The notes: generated by a model from the sequence alone, not told the origin. Counted from the first letter of the whole stretch, positions 32,921-44,069 are shown. The stretch is DNA of 63,952 bases, filler included, from Stramenopiles sp. TOSAG23-3 (GCA_900128585.1; 3 parts of 3 records of this genome joined end to end with filler, not necessarily neighbours in it); one strand, 5' to 3'. Program-made: numbers and translations.

Positions 32921-33961
32921 ATGCCCGGCAAGAAGAGGAAAGCAACGACGGAAGCTGCCCCAGAGGAGGAGGCGGCCACGGTCGCAGACTACGCAAATAC
33001 CCTCACAACCGCAGCACGCAACGCTCACGCTGAACTGCGGGCGTTAAAGAAGAAGAAGCAGTCAAAGGGTAAAACAGACAAGGCGGCAGCAGAGAAGAAG
33101 GAGTCTGGCGTTGTATACCTAGGCCATATTCCTCATGGTTTCTTTGAAGATCAAATGTTAGGTTACTTCTCCCAGTTTGGGGAGATCAAAAGACTTTGTT
33201 TGCACCGGAGCAAAAAGAACGGCAGGTCGAAGGGCTACGCGTTTATTGAATTTGAAAATGAAGAAGTCGCCAGTATTGTTGCACGCACAATGAACAATTA
33301 TATTCTAACGGGCCGCGTTCTAGTGTGCCACCGGGTGAAGAAGGAGAAAATCCACGCAGGCATGTTTCCAGGGACTGGACAGGTGTCACGCTTTCGGCCC
33401 ATGCCAAGGCGCTTAATAGCGAAGAATTCCCAGAATGCCCCCCGAACTCTGTCGCAGATCCAGGCGGCGAAAAAGAACAATCTGAGAAAGGAGAAGAAAA
33501 AGCGTGCAAAATTAAAAGCGTTGGGCATTGATTACGATTTTCCAGGTTTTAGCGGGGGAAATGTTGAGGTAGAAGAGACTCCCGTAGACTCTGGGAGAAA
33601 AGGAACGAAGCGAAAAGCAACCAGTAGTAAATCAAAAGAGAAGAAAAGCACCGCAAAACCGGCCAAGAAGAAAGCCACGAAGGCGAAGAAAGTGCCCAAG
33701 CAAGAGGCCGAAAAGAAAGTCACTAGAGTGAGCAAACGCCAAAAAAAAGCGGCAATCCCGGTACTTGTGGAAGAGAAGGAAGAGAAGAAACCAAAGAAAC
33801 CAAAGAAAAAAGTTGCGTCCAAGGCGGCCCCGAAGTGCAAGTACAATATGAAAGAGCTAATGAGATTTAAGAGTGCAGAATTGCAAAAGATGTGCAAAGA
33901 TGCAGGGCTAGACTCCAAGGGAATAAAAAAGGTGTTGGCGGGAAGGTTGCTAGGAAAGTAA
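32921..33961 (+). CDS. NIFK: NIFK/Nop15 nucleolar RRM protein with a C-terminal SAP-like motif
   Basis: GVVYLGHIPHGFFEDQMLGYFSQFG, RSKKNGRSKGYAFIEF..VA.TMNNYIL, KLKALGIDYDFPG. Confidence 0.93.
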   Translation: MPGKKRKATTEAAPEEEAATVADYANTLTTAARNAHAELRALKKKKQSKGKTDKAAAEKKESGVVYLGHIPHGFFEDQMLGYFSQFGEIKRLCLHRSKKNGRSKGYAFIEFENEEVASIVARTMNNYILTGRVLVCHRVKKEKIHAGMFPGTGQVSRFRPMPRRLIAKNSQNAPRTLSQIQAAKKNNLRKEKKKRAKLKALGIDYDFPGFSGGNVEVEETPVDSGRKGTKRKATSSKSKEKKSTAKPAKKKATKAKKVPKQEAEKKVTRVSKRQKKAAIPVLVEEKEEKKPKKPKKKVASKAAPKCKYNMKELMRFKSAELQKMCKDAGLDSKGIKKVLAGRLLGK

Positions 33962-34049
33962 ATCAGCATTGGTTTTTGCCTTGCTTCACTTTTAAAAGGA
34001 ACTTTACTTCTTGTAACTTTTTTATCATGATTAAATTTATTTAAAACAT

Positions 34050-34085
34050 AATTACTTAAATAACAGCCAATTTTCTTGTTTTTAA
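34050..34085. repeat. Copy of dispersed motif AATAACAGCCAATTTTCTTGTTTTTAA
   Basis: 34059-34085 is the exact reverse complement of 48323-48349; variants at 53420-53446 and 60811-60838. Confidence 0.85.
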
Positions 34086-34156
34086 GTGTTAAAACTGTAA
34101 ACTTAAGCCATACATACTGTCACTACCTTACTTCACATTTCCATACATTTGGCATT

Positions 34157-37100
34157 CTAAATGTATGGGCATTGGGCTTCCTTTGATTTCTCTGCGCGGG
34201 CCGGAAACCGGGCTAATTTGCTGCCTAGTAAACGACAAGCACTGTGGCTGCGACGTTTCATCCTCACCCGGCGAATTTGAGATCGGTGGGTCTTGTTTCT
34301 CAAAATTATGCCCTTTGCTGCTTTCGTTTTCACATTCTTTTCTTCAAGCATTTGGAATACATTCATCAGAGACTTTTCCTTCTTCTTCATGTGCTTCTCA
34401 TGCACTTCTGCTTTGTGGCGCTTGGTAGCATTGTGAAAATGTGCATTTATATCGTTGTAGCAATGCGTGTATGCCATAAAAAAACACGATTTCTCACAGG
34501 CTTCAAGGTCCACCAAATTTCCTTTCGGGATATCTTCCAGCTGCAAAACACCCATGTTCAAGCAAATTGCGCACTTTGACGCAGCCTCAGCAGCCCTGAA
34601 CTGCTTACGATGACACAACAGGCGAATGATTCCCACTAGTTGTTTTGCAACATCCCTCCGGTAATCGGCGACTGTAACATTTAACGTACCCCCCCGCCGC
34701 GTTGGCTTGGCTGCTTTCTGGTACACGTACACGAGGTCATCTTTCGCATGTCTTCCAATGTATCCTATGTTATAAAACTTCTCAATGGAGCGGCGAATGA
34801 GGCGCACGAATTTTACCACTGGCAGCTTCAGATGCTCAATGAATTGGAGCAAATTAGGCCAGTGCTCATCTGTGACTAACACCTCAAACACAGGAGGGTG
34901 GATTATGCATCGCTGAAGTGGCATGCCCTTCAGCAGAAACGGTCTTATGCTTGCTTCGCGGTTACTTGCAGTGTAACTGGGGTGTCGAAATATTTTCAAC
35001 AACGTTCTTCTTGCTGTGATTAAATCATGGGCAGAGAACTTGGAACGCAGAGCGTCCCGGACTTGCCGATTTGGTACACACCAGAACCCCAGGATCTTTT
35101 CAGCATAGTACGGAGACAGTATTTTTTGCAGCTCCAACCACGGTCCATATTCGTTTGTTTCGACCATAGCATACATCATTTCTAGTTCAGATACCCCGGA
35201 GGGCGATATAACCATCAGGGCAAACACCTGCCGGGAGCATGGATGTTGTTTGAACATAATCTCAACAGCAGCAAGGGTATCTACCACGACAAGAGCTTCT
35301 TTTTCTTCTCTTTGCGTTGGCGACGCGGGGGGTTTCTTCGTACCCGCGTCTGGTGCGTCTTGCTCAATTTGTGAGGCCATGTCAAAGTTTTGGTGTACTA
35401 TGATATTTCGAACCAAATTCCCTACTACCCGAACCGATCCATACGAATCAGGATCAATGGTTTGTTCGACCTCGTCTGTCTCCTCGATCTTTAAACCTTG
35501 TTGCCCATCAACTTCACTGTCGGAGTCACGCGCTACTTCCGACGCGGGGGCGTCAGACCCAGTGGGCATGTCTAACTTAATGTTCCACAATTCGTGGTAG
35601 TGCCGTATCAATGTGACACGATCATCTGCCGTCAGCCGTGGAATAGCTGTTATGTTCCAGGTTTCAGAGCAAAGTTGAAAGACGTCGCTTATTTTTGCAG
35701 TAGTCATTACGACCCGGACGTTTGGAGGCAGCGTGTAATTTCTTATAAAATCTAAAAACATCTTCACGTCGTTTAATCGTCTCTTACTGTGATCGATTTT
35801 GTCAATTAACTGTTTATCTGCAAGCTCCTCGTCTAGCACATTTTCTCCATAATGACGAGAAGATGCACTAGAGGACACGCGAGATGACTCCGAGAATAAT
35901 TTTGAGCTGGCAACAGAATCCTCCTGCACGATCCCAAAATGTTGACGAAGGTTTTCTTCTTCTTGTTGCTGTAGCGTAGTCAGCAAAGAAAGGGACGAAA
36001 TTTCTTCAAGGTGGTCGATACCGTCAAGAATGAAAACGACACGACCAAATATTTGGAGCCTGCTGCTCCATTGAAATATCAACGGCAACAAGTCTTTTTT
36101 TCGTACTGGAATCTGCTCGGAAAATCTATAGAGACGTTTCAATTCCAACAGCGCACGGCGGACGCCCATGTACACCGAGCGCGTCGAAGTACTAGCAAAG
36201 CAAATTGTTATTACAGTAATACGGCCGAAACCTCGCTTCTTAAAGTGTAAAACGGAATTAAATGGGGTTTTCCTCGGAAGGATCGACTGCATCCAACCGG
36301 CAATTATAGAAGTGGCCCCTCCCCCGTGCTCTTGACTCGCAAGGACCATTGGTTTATGGTACAAAAGTCGATCTTTTGCGTTATTGAAAAACACATAGTT
36401 TGATATGCGCGCCACAACATCGGGAAATAAGTCTATGTATGTTTTTAGAGAGTTTTTCAAGTACAACGTTGTGTTCAAACGACCAAGTTTTAGCCACGAC
36501 GGTATGTCCTTTTTTGAAAATTGCTGGTTTATAATTTTTCGAAAGCATCGGGTCAGTGGCACCTTCAACGATTTTGACTGGTAGTAGTTCTTTACGAACT
36601 GAGCGTCTGTTCCAGTCACGCGCTCTTTCAGATCAAACTGGGCGTCTGCACTTGCTGGACCATCAAGAACGAGCTTTGTGCCAGCAGCGGACGTGTGCGG
36701 TGATTGGGGCTCGAAAGCTGGCTTGTAATCAATGTGCTGATAGCAGACTACAGTATTTGCAGCAATTTCATCGTGTTGAAACTGTGGAACTACAAGGCCA
36801 ACCATCAATTCGATCTCGCAAAGCGACAGGCCAGAACCGGGCTTCTTATTATCGTAGTGTTTTAGCCAAGGAAATTCTGCGATTAAACTCGGCGACAGCA
36901 TTTTTGGGATTTCGCCGTAGTTTAGCGGCAAGAAGTACAGCCCATACGGTCTGCATTTAACAATTTGCTCTATGAACGTGTCGACCATGTGCGGGCTAAT
37001 CGACTGGTTAGGTTTCAGGTTGAAACCGCTGATGAGGTGAGGGTCCACGACGGAAAACGACACCCGCCTTTCGTCGCATAAATGGACTAACGATGGCATA

Positions 37101-39715
37101 ATGGAATTGTAAAATGTCTCACGGTCCAGCTCAGTGCCTTCAGGAGGCGCTGATAAATAAAACAATATGTCCCTGCTGTCAGTTAGGTCTTGTTTGGACG
37201 GTATGACGGACACTGCATCTACAATGAAGGCTTCGCTTTTCCCTAGGATTACATCTGGGAACCTTCCGCTGATGACGCGGACCTGATACTTCCCTGGAAA
37301 CTTTGGATACCCATGAAGAAATTTGTACTTTCCCTTCACCCCTTCCATAGTTATTTTTGCAATCGGTTTTTTATGGTCAAAGTGCCCAAACAAATCGTTC
37401 ACGGGCGCATCGATTGCATAAATTCCTGCCCAATCAGGAGGGTGATCATCATCCAGCAAATCTAACGAGATATCCCCTAACTGGTATTCAAACTCGAAAG
37501 GAATTTCTAAATGTTCGTCAATCGTGCACCGGGACGCACTTTTGACTCGAACCGCTGGATGGGTAGCGTGGAACCGTTTTTTTTCCCCTATGCTCACAGC
37601 ACTGCCTTTTAGCAAGTACCTCACTTCATATGTGCCTAACCCTGATGTTACGTCCTGAAAAGTTAATACTCCAGCATTTCCTTCGGGAACGTAGGCCTTT
37701 CCTACCATCTTCGGTTTCTCTTTGAACTCAATATTGTTTAACGTTGCATCACCAGGACCCAAGAAAAAAATACCAATGCAGTCAAGCACATCGTGCGGTT
37801 TTCCTGCCTGGTCCTTATGAGTGTAGACATACTCAATCGGCACGGCGTTACCAATTATTATGTGCTGCGAACAAGTTAGTTTGATGTCTATATGAAAATC
37901 ACCCCGCTTCGGGTACGAAGATATTTTATCGAGGGTAGTTCGAAAGACTCGCATTTGCCCTGGTGTCACCCCATTATTCTCCATATCTTGCAGCACAACT
38001 TTTGATGCCAACTTATAGTTGCCGTGTTCGAGGGCGCCCTTGACGACCGCGCGCGGGCTTTTCGTTTCATCCTCGTTTCCAACTTTATCAGTTTCCAGCA
38101 AGTGATCCGCACGAACTACTTTGGGGGAAACGATGCGTTTTCTCGACGGCTTATCCCCCCCGGACGAACCCAAAAATGCTTCCTCCTTCTTCATTGCAGA
38201 CGCAAGGGCGCCTGCGGGAATAAAATGTACGGCAAATTGGAGCTGAGAATCGTCAGGGGTCCAAATTTGTAGTAAAGGCAAAGACTCCGACTGCGCCGTG
38301 AGAGTGACCAACCATTCATAGTGTCCTAATTTGCTGTGTTCGGTCTTCGTTACATTTACGTCCAAAAGAGCATCAATGACCTCTCCAAAGGATGATATCG
38401 CCTCTTTCATTTTTTCCGCAGAGAGGTTCCACGCCAAGTATTGGGTCTTATATGCACCCATGTAGATGCTGAAATAGGATGCTCGTTCAAACTTTCTTGG
38501 AGTTCGCAACTGAATGGACTGCTGGCATACTACCCCAACTACCCATTCGGGGTTTTCCAGAATCTCCTGGCCGCCCGACATACCCCCTTCGATTGCTGCT
38601 ACTTCCTCTGACACATTCGTATTTGCCACTGGAGGCAATGATGCAAGAGCTGAGCCATCTTTTGCAATTGGAGAATTTACGGGAGAGGGTGGGGGACCCT
38701 CGCTTTCGCCAGCTTGTTCCTTTGTTGCTCTGGGAAAATTGAATGGGTCGTACCCAAGGTGTTGGCTGTGATACAGGCGTTGAAAATGCAAATCGGGAGT
38801 TTTTGACAATTCTATGTACTCGGCACCTTTTCTAATAAGCTTGTAGCAGTGCAGCAATTCATTTTTTGCTTCAACCGTGCCGGGGTTATCAATTCCACAA
38901 GCAGTATACCGAAGCACAAACACTTTTTGCAAAATCATTTCAGCGTCACGATGGTCACTGAAACCTACATTTTTCTTCCTATTTTTTGATCTAATTTTTC
39001 TGTAGATTCTAAACTTTTTTGAGTCTTTTCTTTCCTTGTCTTCGTTCTCCTCAATGTCATCAAAGGTAGACTCTTTTTGCACAGGCCGATCCTCTAGGAT
39101 ATTGCTTAATATCTTTCCCAGATTCAGACTAGATTTTCTCCTCTTTAAGCGTCTGTCTGTAAAACTGTCAGACCGCATCCGATCTCTCCGTAAGCGCGGC
39201 GCGTACTTTTCAGCTTGGAAATGGTCCGTGCTAGCAGTAGTTTGGAGAGCTTCTGGCAGTTCTGCCGATAACGGTTTCAAAATATCTTTCAATTTTTTGA
39301 GGTCTCTCTGGACAGACTCTCTTTTCCTAATCAGTTCCGGTATGCTCTTGGATTTAACAGAGTCTATAAATTCAGGGTTATTAAGAACACTTTTTGGTAT
39401 AAGTGATTTGATAACTTTCTTCGCCGGCTTCTTTCTTTTCGCAAGTTTCTTCTGGTACCGTTGTTCTTCAAAATCCCCGACTATCCAAGGTTTCCAGGAG
39501 CCATGCAATTTTTTATCTTCTGTGTCATTCTTCAAAGCCTCTGTTCCCAATACTTCAGGAATATCTAAGACCTTCCGCTTATGCCGCTTCTTCTTCGAAA
39601 TAATGTTTTTCACAATCGCTCTGGTCGTTTGGCGAGGGACCACGTTTGCACGCCACTGGGCAACGTTAGGCGTCACCTCTGAGATCAGTGCTTTCCTGTC
39701 TTTGTATGACGCCAT
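34157..39715 (-). CDS. Large protein with two Ig/SKICH-like beta modules, a DUF4062-like domain and a degenerate NACHT NTPase (NPHP3/TEP1/TTC41-like core)
   Basis: ILFYLSA..DRE..IMPSL..LCDERRVSFSVVD and IVKCRPY (DUF4062-like), GLSLCEIE, PMVLASQEHGGGATS (Walker A-like), VVFILDGIDHL (Walker B), LPPNVRVVMTT, GVSELEM. First in-frame ATG is 39715; an upstream exon is possible. Confidence 0.7.
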   Translation of the reverse strand: MASYKDRKALISEVTPNVAQWRANVVPRQTTRAIVKNIISKKKRHKRKVLDIPEVLGTEALKNDTEDKKLHGSWKPWIVGDFEEQRYQKKLAKRKKPAKKVIKSLIPKSVLNNPEFIDSVKSKSIPELIRKRESVQRDLKKLKDILKPLSAELPEALQTTASTDHFQAEKYAPRLRRDRMRSDSFTDRRLKRRKSSLNLGKILSNILEDRPVQKESTFDDIEENEDKERKDSKKFRIYRKIRSKNRKKNVGFSDHRDAEMILQKVFVLRYTACGIDNPGTVEAKNELLHCYKLIRKGAEYIELSKTPDLHFQRLYHSQHLGYDPFNFPRATKEQAGESEGPPPSPVNSPIAKDGSALASLPPVANTNVSEEVAAIEGGMSGGQEILENPEWVVGVVCQQSIQLRTPRKFERASYFSIYMGAYKTQYLAWNLSAEKMKEAISSFGEVIDALLDVNVTKTEHSKLGHYEWLVTLTAQSESLPLLQIWTPDDSQLQFAVHFIPAGALASAMKKEEAFLGSSGGDKPSRKRIVSPKVVRADHLLETDKVGNEDETKSPRAVVKGALEHGNYKLASKVVLQDMENNGVTPGQMRVFRTTLDKISSYPKRGDFHIDIKLTCSQHIIIGNAVPIEYVYTHKDQAGKPHDVLDCIGIFFLGPGDATLNNIEFKEKPKMVGKAYVPEGNAGVLTFQDVTSGLGTYEVRYLLKGSAVSIGEKKRFHATHPAVRVKSASRCTIDEHLEIPFEFEYQLGDISLDLLDDDHPPDWAGIYAIDAPVNDLFGHFDHKKPIAKITMEGVKGKYKFLHGYPKFPGKYQVRVISGRFPDVILGKSEAFIVDAVSVIPSKQDLTDSRDILFYLSAPPEGTELDRETFYNSIMPSLVHLCDERRVSFSVVDPHLISGFNLKPNQSISPHMVDTFIEQIVKCRPYGLYFLPLNYGEIPKMLSPSLIAEFPWLKHYDNKKPGSGLSLCEIELMVGLVVPQFQHDEIAANTVVCYQHIDYKPAFEPQSPHTSAAGTKLVLDGPASADAQFDLKERVTGTDAQFVKNYYQSKSLKVPLTRCFRKIINQQFSKKDIPSWLKLGRLNTTLYLKNSLKTYIDLFPDVVARISNYVFFNNAKDRLLYHKPMVLASQEHGGGATSIIAGWMQSILPRKTPFNSVLHFKKRGFGRITVITICFASTSTRSVYMGVRRALLELKRLYRFSEQIPVRKKDLLPLIFQWSSRLQIFGRVVFILDGIDHLEEISSLSLLTTLQQQEEENLRQHFGIVQEDSVASSKLFSESSRVSSSASSRHYGENVLDEELADKQLIDKIDHSKRRLNDVKMFLDFIRNYTLPPNVRVVMTTAKISDVFQLCSETWNITAIPRLTADDRVTLIRHYHELWNIKLDMPTGSDAPASEVARDSDSEVDGQQGLKIEETDEVEQTIDPDSYGSVRVVGNLVRNIIVHQNFDMASQIEQDAPDAGTKKPPASPTQREEKEALVVVDTLAAVEIMFKQHPCSRQVFALMVISPSGVSELEMMYAMVETNEYGPWLELQKILSPYYAEKILGFWCVPNRQVRDALRSKFSAHDLITARRTLLKIFRHPSYTASNREASIRPFLLKGMPLQRCIIHPPVFEVLVTDEHWPNLLQFIEHLKLPVVKFVRLIRRSIEKFYNIGYIGRHAKDDLVYVYQKAAKPTRRGGTLNVTVADYRRDVAKQLVGIIRLLCHRKQFRAAEAASKCAICLNMGVLQLEDIPKGNLVDLEACEKSCFFMAYTHCYNDINAHFHNATKRHKAEVHEKHMKKKEKSLMNVFQMLEEKNVKTKAAKGIILRNKTHRSQIRRVRMKRRSHSACRLLGSKLARFPARAEKSKEAQCPYI

Positions 39716-40956
39716 AAGTGCACTGAACAGGGCAGGAAGCACGGCACGATTCAACTACCAATCTTCGTGCGGGCGGTCAATCGTTTTTGATTTTGGTGGT
39801 GTCATCAGAATAACGCCTTTCGGTTCTGACTACCCAACCAGTTCATTGCTCCTGTTTGAATTCTGTACACGCTGCGAACAAATAAAAAGAAATTATTATT
39901 ATTTTTTATTTTTTATAATAATAAAATACTACATTCATTTAATAATACACAGTAATAATAGGTCTAGTATAAATAATAATAAAAAAAGTAGAAGAAGAGA
40001 AGATGTGATTGGAAAGTCTCCTGGGTAATAATAATGCATCTTATTGTACATTAAAACTGCATGGTATGTGGTAATTATTTCGATGGATGAGTTCGAGTAT
40101 ACTGTTAAATTAATTTTCTATATATCTGAATAGCAGGAAGGCGGTTAATTCGCATACACTCTGCAATAATAATACAATAAAAACAAATTGTTGAATTCAA
40201 CCAACAACTCAAACTCAAACTCAAACTGGACTACTAACCGCACCGGCATTTATTTTCAATTTGTTGTTAGACTCCTCGTATACGTAGTCGTCAATTGTCT
40301 CCACACTCTGTTCTGTCTCCTCGTAGATGAAGCCCATTGTAATTGGAATCGTAATTTAAATAGCATTATTAGTCTATGATAGTCTAGTCTAGAAGAAGAT
40401 AGAAAATGTGTGACATCACTTTCACTGTATAAAATGTACACGCGTATATAATGTAACAGTTTCTATTTTAATATTTATATAAAAGAAGAAAAAAAAATAT
40501 AATAAAAAACAATTTTAATGCAGCCTAATAATAAGCTAAGCAATGAGACTTCCGTGCAGACGATGCTATTGTCCACTGTGTAGAACGTTGGCGTTTTACA
40601 TTTTTTATTTTTTCTTCCGTCCCTTTTCCTCTTTCTTCTGTTGTTGTTTGATGCTGGTACTGGTAGGCAAGTAGGCAATAATAACAGGACACTGCAACAA
40701 CGACAATCACGTCAGGTCACATCATTATTTCCTGGTATTAATATATTAATAAATACTTCTCACTACCGTAAAGATGACAACTTCTCGCACATATATCGCT
40801 ACACTATTATAATTCGTCTTCTTTTTGCAATACTCCCTCCTCAAGGGTCGTTCCTAGACAGCATTTTACCACGAGGAAATTTGGGGTTTCAGGTAGAAAG
40901 GCGGTTAGGAACCTGGTGGCTTACGCAGATATTTTCGAAGGCAAAGACTTGAGAAT

Positions 40957-42513
40957 ATGTCCTCGGGAACTCCTCGGGCGTCTGTGGTTACACCTTCTCC
41001 AAGACGGCTTTCCTTTCGAGACGATGCTACCTCGTCAGGCAGAGGTTCAACCCCGACCCGGCCGAAGTCAGGATCAAGCTTAAGCCTTAAACGGAGCAGG
41101 AATAACCGTCCTATGACTGTGTCTCCTCGTAACGATAAGACTCGAACTCCAGCAAGGCCCCTCACCGCGTCCGTGGGGCCGCGGAGGAGCACACCGCGTT
41201 CGCGCAGACCCGCAACGGCAAGGATTATTCGGGGGAAACCTTTCGGAGATGCTCTCAGTAAAGATGTAGAATACCACGGTTCTTTAACGGGAAGTCTGAT
41301 ATCACGGGGGGTTCGAGAACGACAGGATCACGGACGTGCCACCTCCAAGGCCCATCGCGAATACAGAAAGTACGCAAGAATAGGAAGCGATCTTGAACCA
41401 TATGTGTACAGGGCGTCTGGAAGATTTTCTCCTCCACCAGGACACAGGAACCCAAAAATTGCGCAGAATTCTGACACATTGCACCATCTTGCAAACAAGT
41501 ACCACGATAGTAAAAAAGGCAAGGCCTTGGTAAGGCGGGCAAATACTGCTTCAGGCAGCCGTAAAAAAACAGGAGAAAAATCGAAGCGTTACGCTCGTCC
41601 AGGTATGAGGTCGATAAAGGACATGGTTGATATACTGCACGATTCCATCCATATGCACGGAGAAGATGCGGTGCCGGTGCTGGAGCAATTGACTTTTGCC
41701 AACCCTGATGCGCGGCGGGTGGCAATTGAAGCACTGATCCCAGAGGAATTGAGCCGTACAGAGCTTACAAACGTAGAACACTGGATATCACACAATCAGA
41801 AACGAATCAGAATGATTAAAAACGCTCTGTTAGAGCAACGAAGAGCTCGTCTGGCTCCAGACCTATCGTCCTCACCCCGTGCAATGACCCCGGGGCAGCA
41901 CAGGAGGCGACCTCGAACCCGTGCATTCACTAAAGTTTGGGACGACAGAGAAAAAGAGAAAAGGCCGAAGACGGCAACGGAGAAAAGGTTATCGAAAATT
42001 CAGGTCCAAACCACGAGGCAGAGGGTAGAGCGACAGCGAAAACCATTAAGTGCCCGTGACATTTTTGAATGGCTGGAGAATAAAGATACACACCAGCCTC
42101 AAAATTACATGAATCATGATAAGCAGAGGACCAATTCATGGCATATCCCCGGCAAAGAGACGGCACTCTACATCTCTGAAAAGGAGAGGCTACAGACAAC
42201 CAACAAAACAGGAACTTCACTTAGCATGCGCCCAGTGTATAAATACATTCATCCGCAAGAGCTTGGCCATACAAACAATTTTACAAGGCTGCGAAATTAT
42301 AGAAAATTCTCGAACGGTCTGCACGAGACAATGCGTAGAAAGCAAAATGAATACCACAAACCAAAGCATCCCCAGCCAAAATTTAAAAGAATGCAGGCAG
42401 GAGCCACGTACCGTCAGGGTCAAACGAGAAATTTAACCGGTCATTTCATTAGAGAGACCGGCTCTGAACGGTACAAGAACATGCCCTCAGATAATATCGT
42501 GTACAAGCGATGA
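40957..42513 (+). CDS. Basic low-complexity hypothetical protein with repeated RPxT/S motifs
   Basis: 518-aa uninterrupted ORF with coding-like composition between AT-rich spacers; no recognised domain. Confidence 0.7.
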   Translation: MSSGTPRASVVTPSPRRLSFRDDATSSGRGSTPTRPKSGSSLSLKRSRNNRPMTVSPRNDKTRTPARPLTASVGPRRSTPRSRRPATARIIRGKPFGDALSKDVEYHGSLTGSLISRGVRERQDHGRATSKAHREYRKYARIGSDLEPYVYRASGRFSPPPGHRNPKIAQNSDTLHHLANKYHDSKKGKALVRRANTASGSRKKTGEKSKRYARPGMRSIKDMVDILHDSIHMHGEDAVPVLEQLTFANPDARRVAIEALIPEELSRTELTNVEHWISHNQKRIRMIKNALLEQRRARLAPDLSSSPRAMTPGQHRRRPRTRAFTKVWDDREKEKRPKTATEKRLSKIQVQTTRQRVERQRKPLSARDIFEWLENKDTHQPQNYMNHDKQRTNSWHIPGKETALYISEKERLQTTNKTGTSLSMRPVYKYIHPQELGHTNNFTRLRNYRKFSNGLHETMRRKQNEYHKPKHPQPKFKRMQAGATYRQGQTRNLTGHFIRETGSERYKNMPSDNIVYKR

Positions 42514-42904
42514 TGCGATCGATGATGATGATGACGATGAGGGCAGGAGTTGGTCGACTAGGTAATTATTTTAAATAATATGTACATGGTATACGACTAA
42601 TATATATTAGACTAAGTAAGCAAAGGCACAGCATCACAGCAGGTCGTCTTTAATTTTTCAAATACTATTTTTTATGACTGACGACTATATAATAATATTT
42701 TATTTTATTATTTTTTATTTAAATATTATAATGTAATAAAATGAATGATGATGAGGATGAATATGAGAGAAGAAAAATAGAAAATATATGCAATTAAAGC
42801 AATGTGTATAATTCTAATTGAAACGATTTACGAACCGAATTTGTAACAATAAATTATGCGTTAGAAACAAGGAGAAGTCGATTGTTTTTATTCTTCGTTT
42901 TATC

Positions 42905-43462
42905 TTATAATTGCTTTATCTTTTCACTGTTCTTTATTGTCAATGTTTCAGCAAATACAGTTGTTAAATTCGCATAGACGCGATCATGGTCCGCACCGCT
43001 CCACAACCTCTGCAGAAGCGTTGCTCGCAATCGGTGGGGACTCTGCGCTAGTTCTATGGGTATTCGCCCGTCGCGGGCAACGTACCGCTTGTCACCCCCC
43101 CTGCACTGTAGCAGGTGCAGCACAACGTCTCGTCGTCCACTTCGGGCAGCATAATGAATCGGACAAAAGCCATTTTCATTGCATTTTAGGGATTGCTCGG
43201 CCCCGTTTTCCATTAGCCATTCTACTACGTTATACGACCCGAAATCTGCTGCTGCGTGGAGAGCTGCACGACCCAAAATTTCGTCGTTTGTATTTATCAA
43301 CACCACGAGGTCTCCCCCAAGATTTGTGAAGTTATTCGCGATCCGCTCCAAGCCCGACAAATCGTTTTTCTCTGCGCAGTGCACAAATTCGTTGGTCCAA
43401 TTAGGGAAACTCAGTACCGCATGTTCAGGCACCCCTCGAATATTGGTCCGTTGAATTTGCAT
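42905..43462 (-). CDS. Small ankyrin-repeat protein
   Basis: GRAALHAAADFGSYNVVEWLMENGA, GFCPIHYAARSGRRDVVLHLL, DGRIPIELA. Confidence 0.85.
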   Translation of the reverse strand: MQIQRTNIRGVPEHAVLSFPNWTNEFVHCAEKNDLSGLERIANNFTNLGGDLVVLINTNDEILGRAALHAAADFGSYNVVEWLMENGAEQSLKCNENGFCPIHYAARSGRRDVVLHLLQCRGGDKRYVARDGRIPIELAQSPHRLRATLLQRLWSGADHDRVYANLTTVFAETLTIKNSEKIKQL

Positions 43463-43967
43463 CGCTAAGCTGGTCCAATTCTAGCTCTTCGTTATACGTG
43501 AGTACCTGCGTCAATACGCTAACGCTCTTTGCTTCTTCAACGCGTTCAAAGTTTCTTAAGAAATTGATTCAATCGAGCATGTAAGTTATTAAAAATAAGG
43601 CGTTGAAAATGTAGTATTAATTATATGAGTGAGCGAATATAAATATGTGGTGTGATTAGAGAAGAAAATAGAGGAACTTAATTTTTTGATGATGATGTCC
43701 GAAGAAGTCCGAAGAACAAAAAACGAGGATTCAATTTAATATTACCTACCAAAATATATTGTAAATACAAAACAATAAAATTAAGTACAAATTAAACAAC
43801 ACACTTTCTTGAATTTCAAACTTTCCAAATAGGAATTTAATATATATTCTAATATATAATATAAGTATAGTTTATTTCTTCTATAAAAATAATGAAGCAT
43901 CAAAGAGCAAAGAGCAAAGAACGCGCCAATCTCAAATCTTCTTCTTTTTGGTTCTTCCCGCCGCGGA

Positions 43968-44067
43968 NNNNNNNNNNNNNNNNNNNNNNNNNNNNNNNNN
44001 NNNNNNNNNNNTTAATTAATTAANNNNNNNNNNNNNNNNNNNNNNNNNNNNNNNNNNNNNNNNNNNN
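43968..44067. other. Artificial contig linker (N44-TTAATTAATTAA-N44)
   Basis: Same 100-nt structure as 21938-22037. Confidence 0.97.
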
Positions 44068-44069
44068 AC

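Noticed and set aside
154-33961. NOB1, TSR2-fusion and NIFK as one ribosome biogenesis cluster
   Set aside because: NOB1 is on a different contig, separated by an artificial linker.
39755-39805. In-frame upstream ATG separated from the NACHT ORF by TAG, suggesting stop readthrough or an alternative code
   Set aside because: TAG, TAA and TGA all end conserved genes normally in this window; a later start or an upstream exon is simpler.
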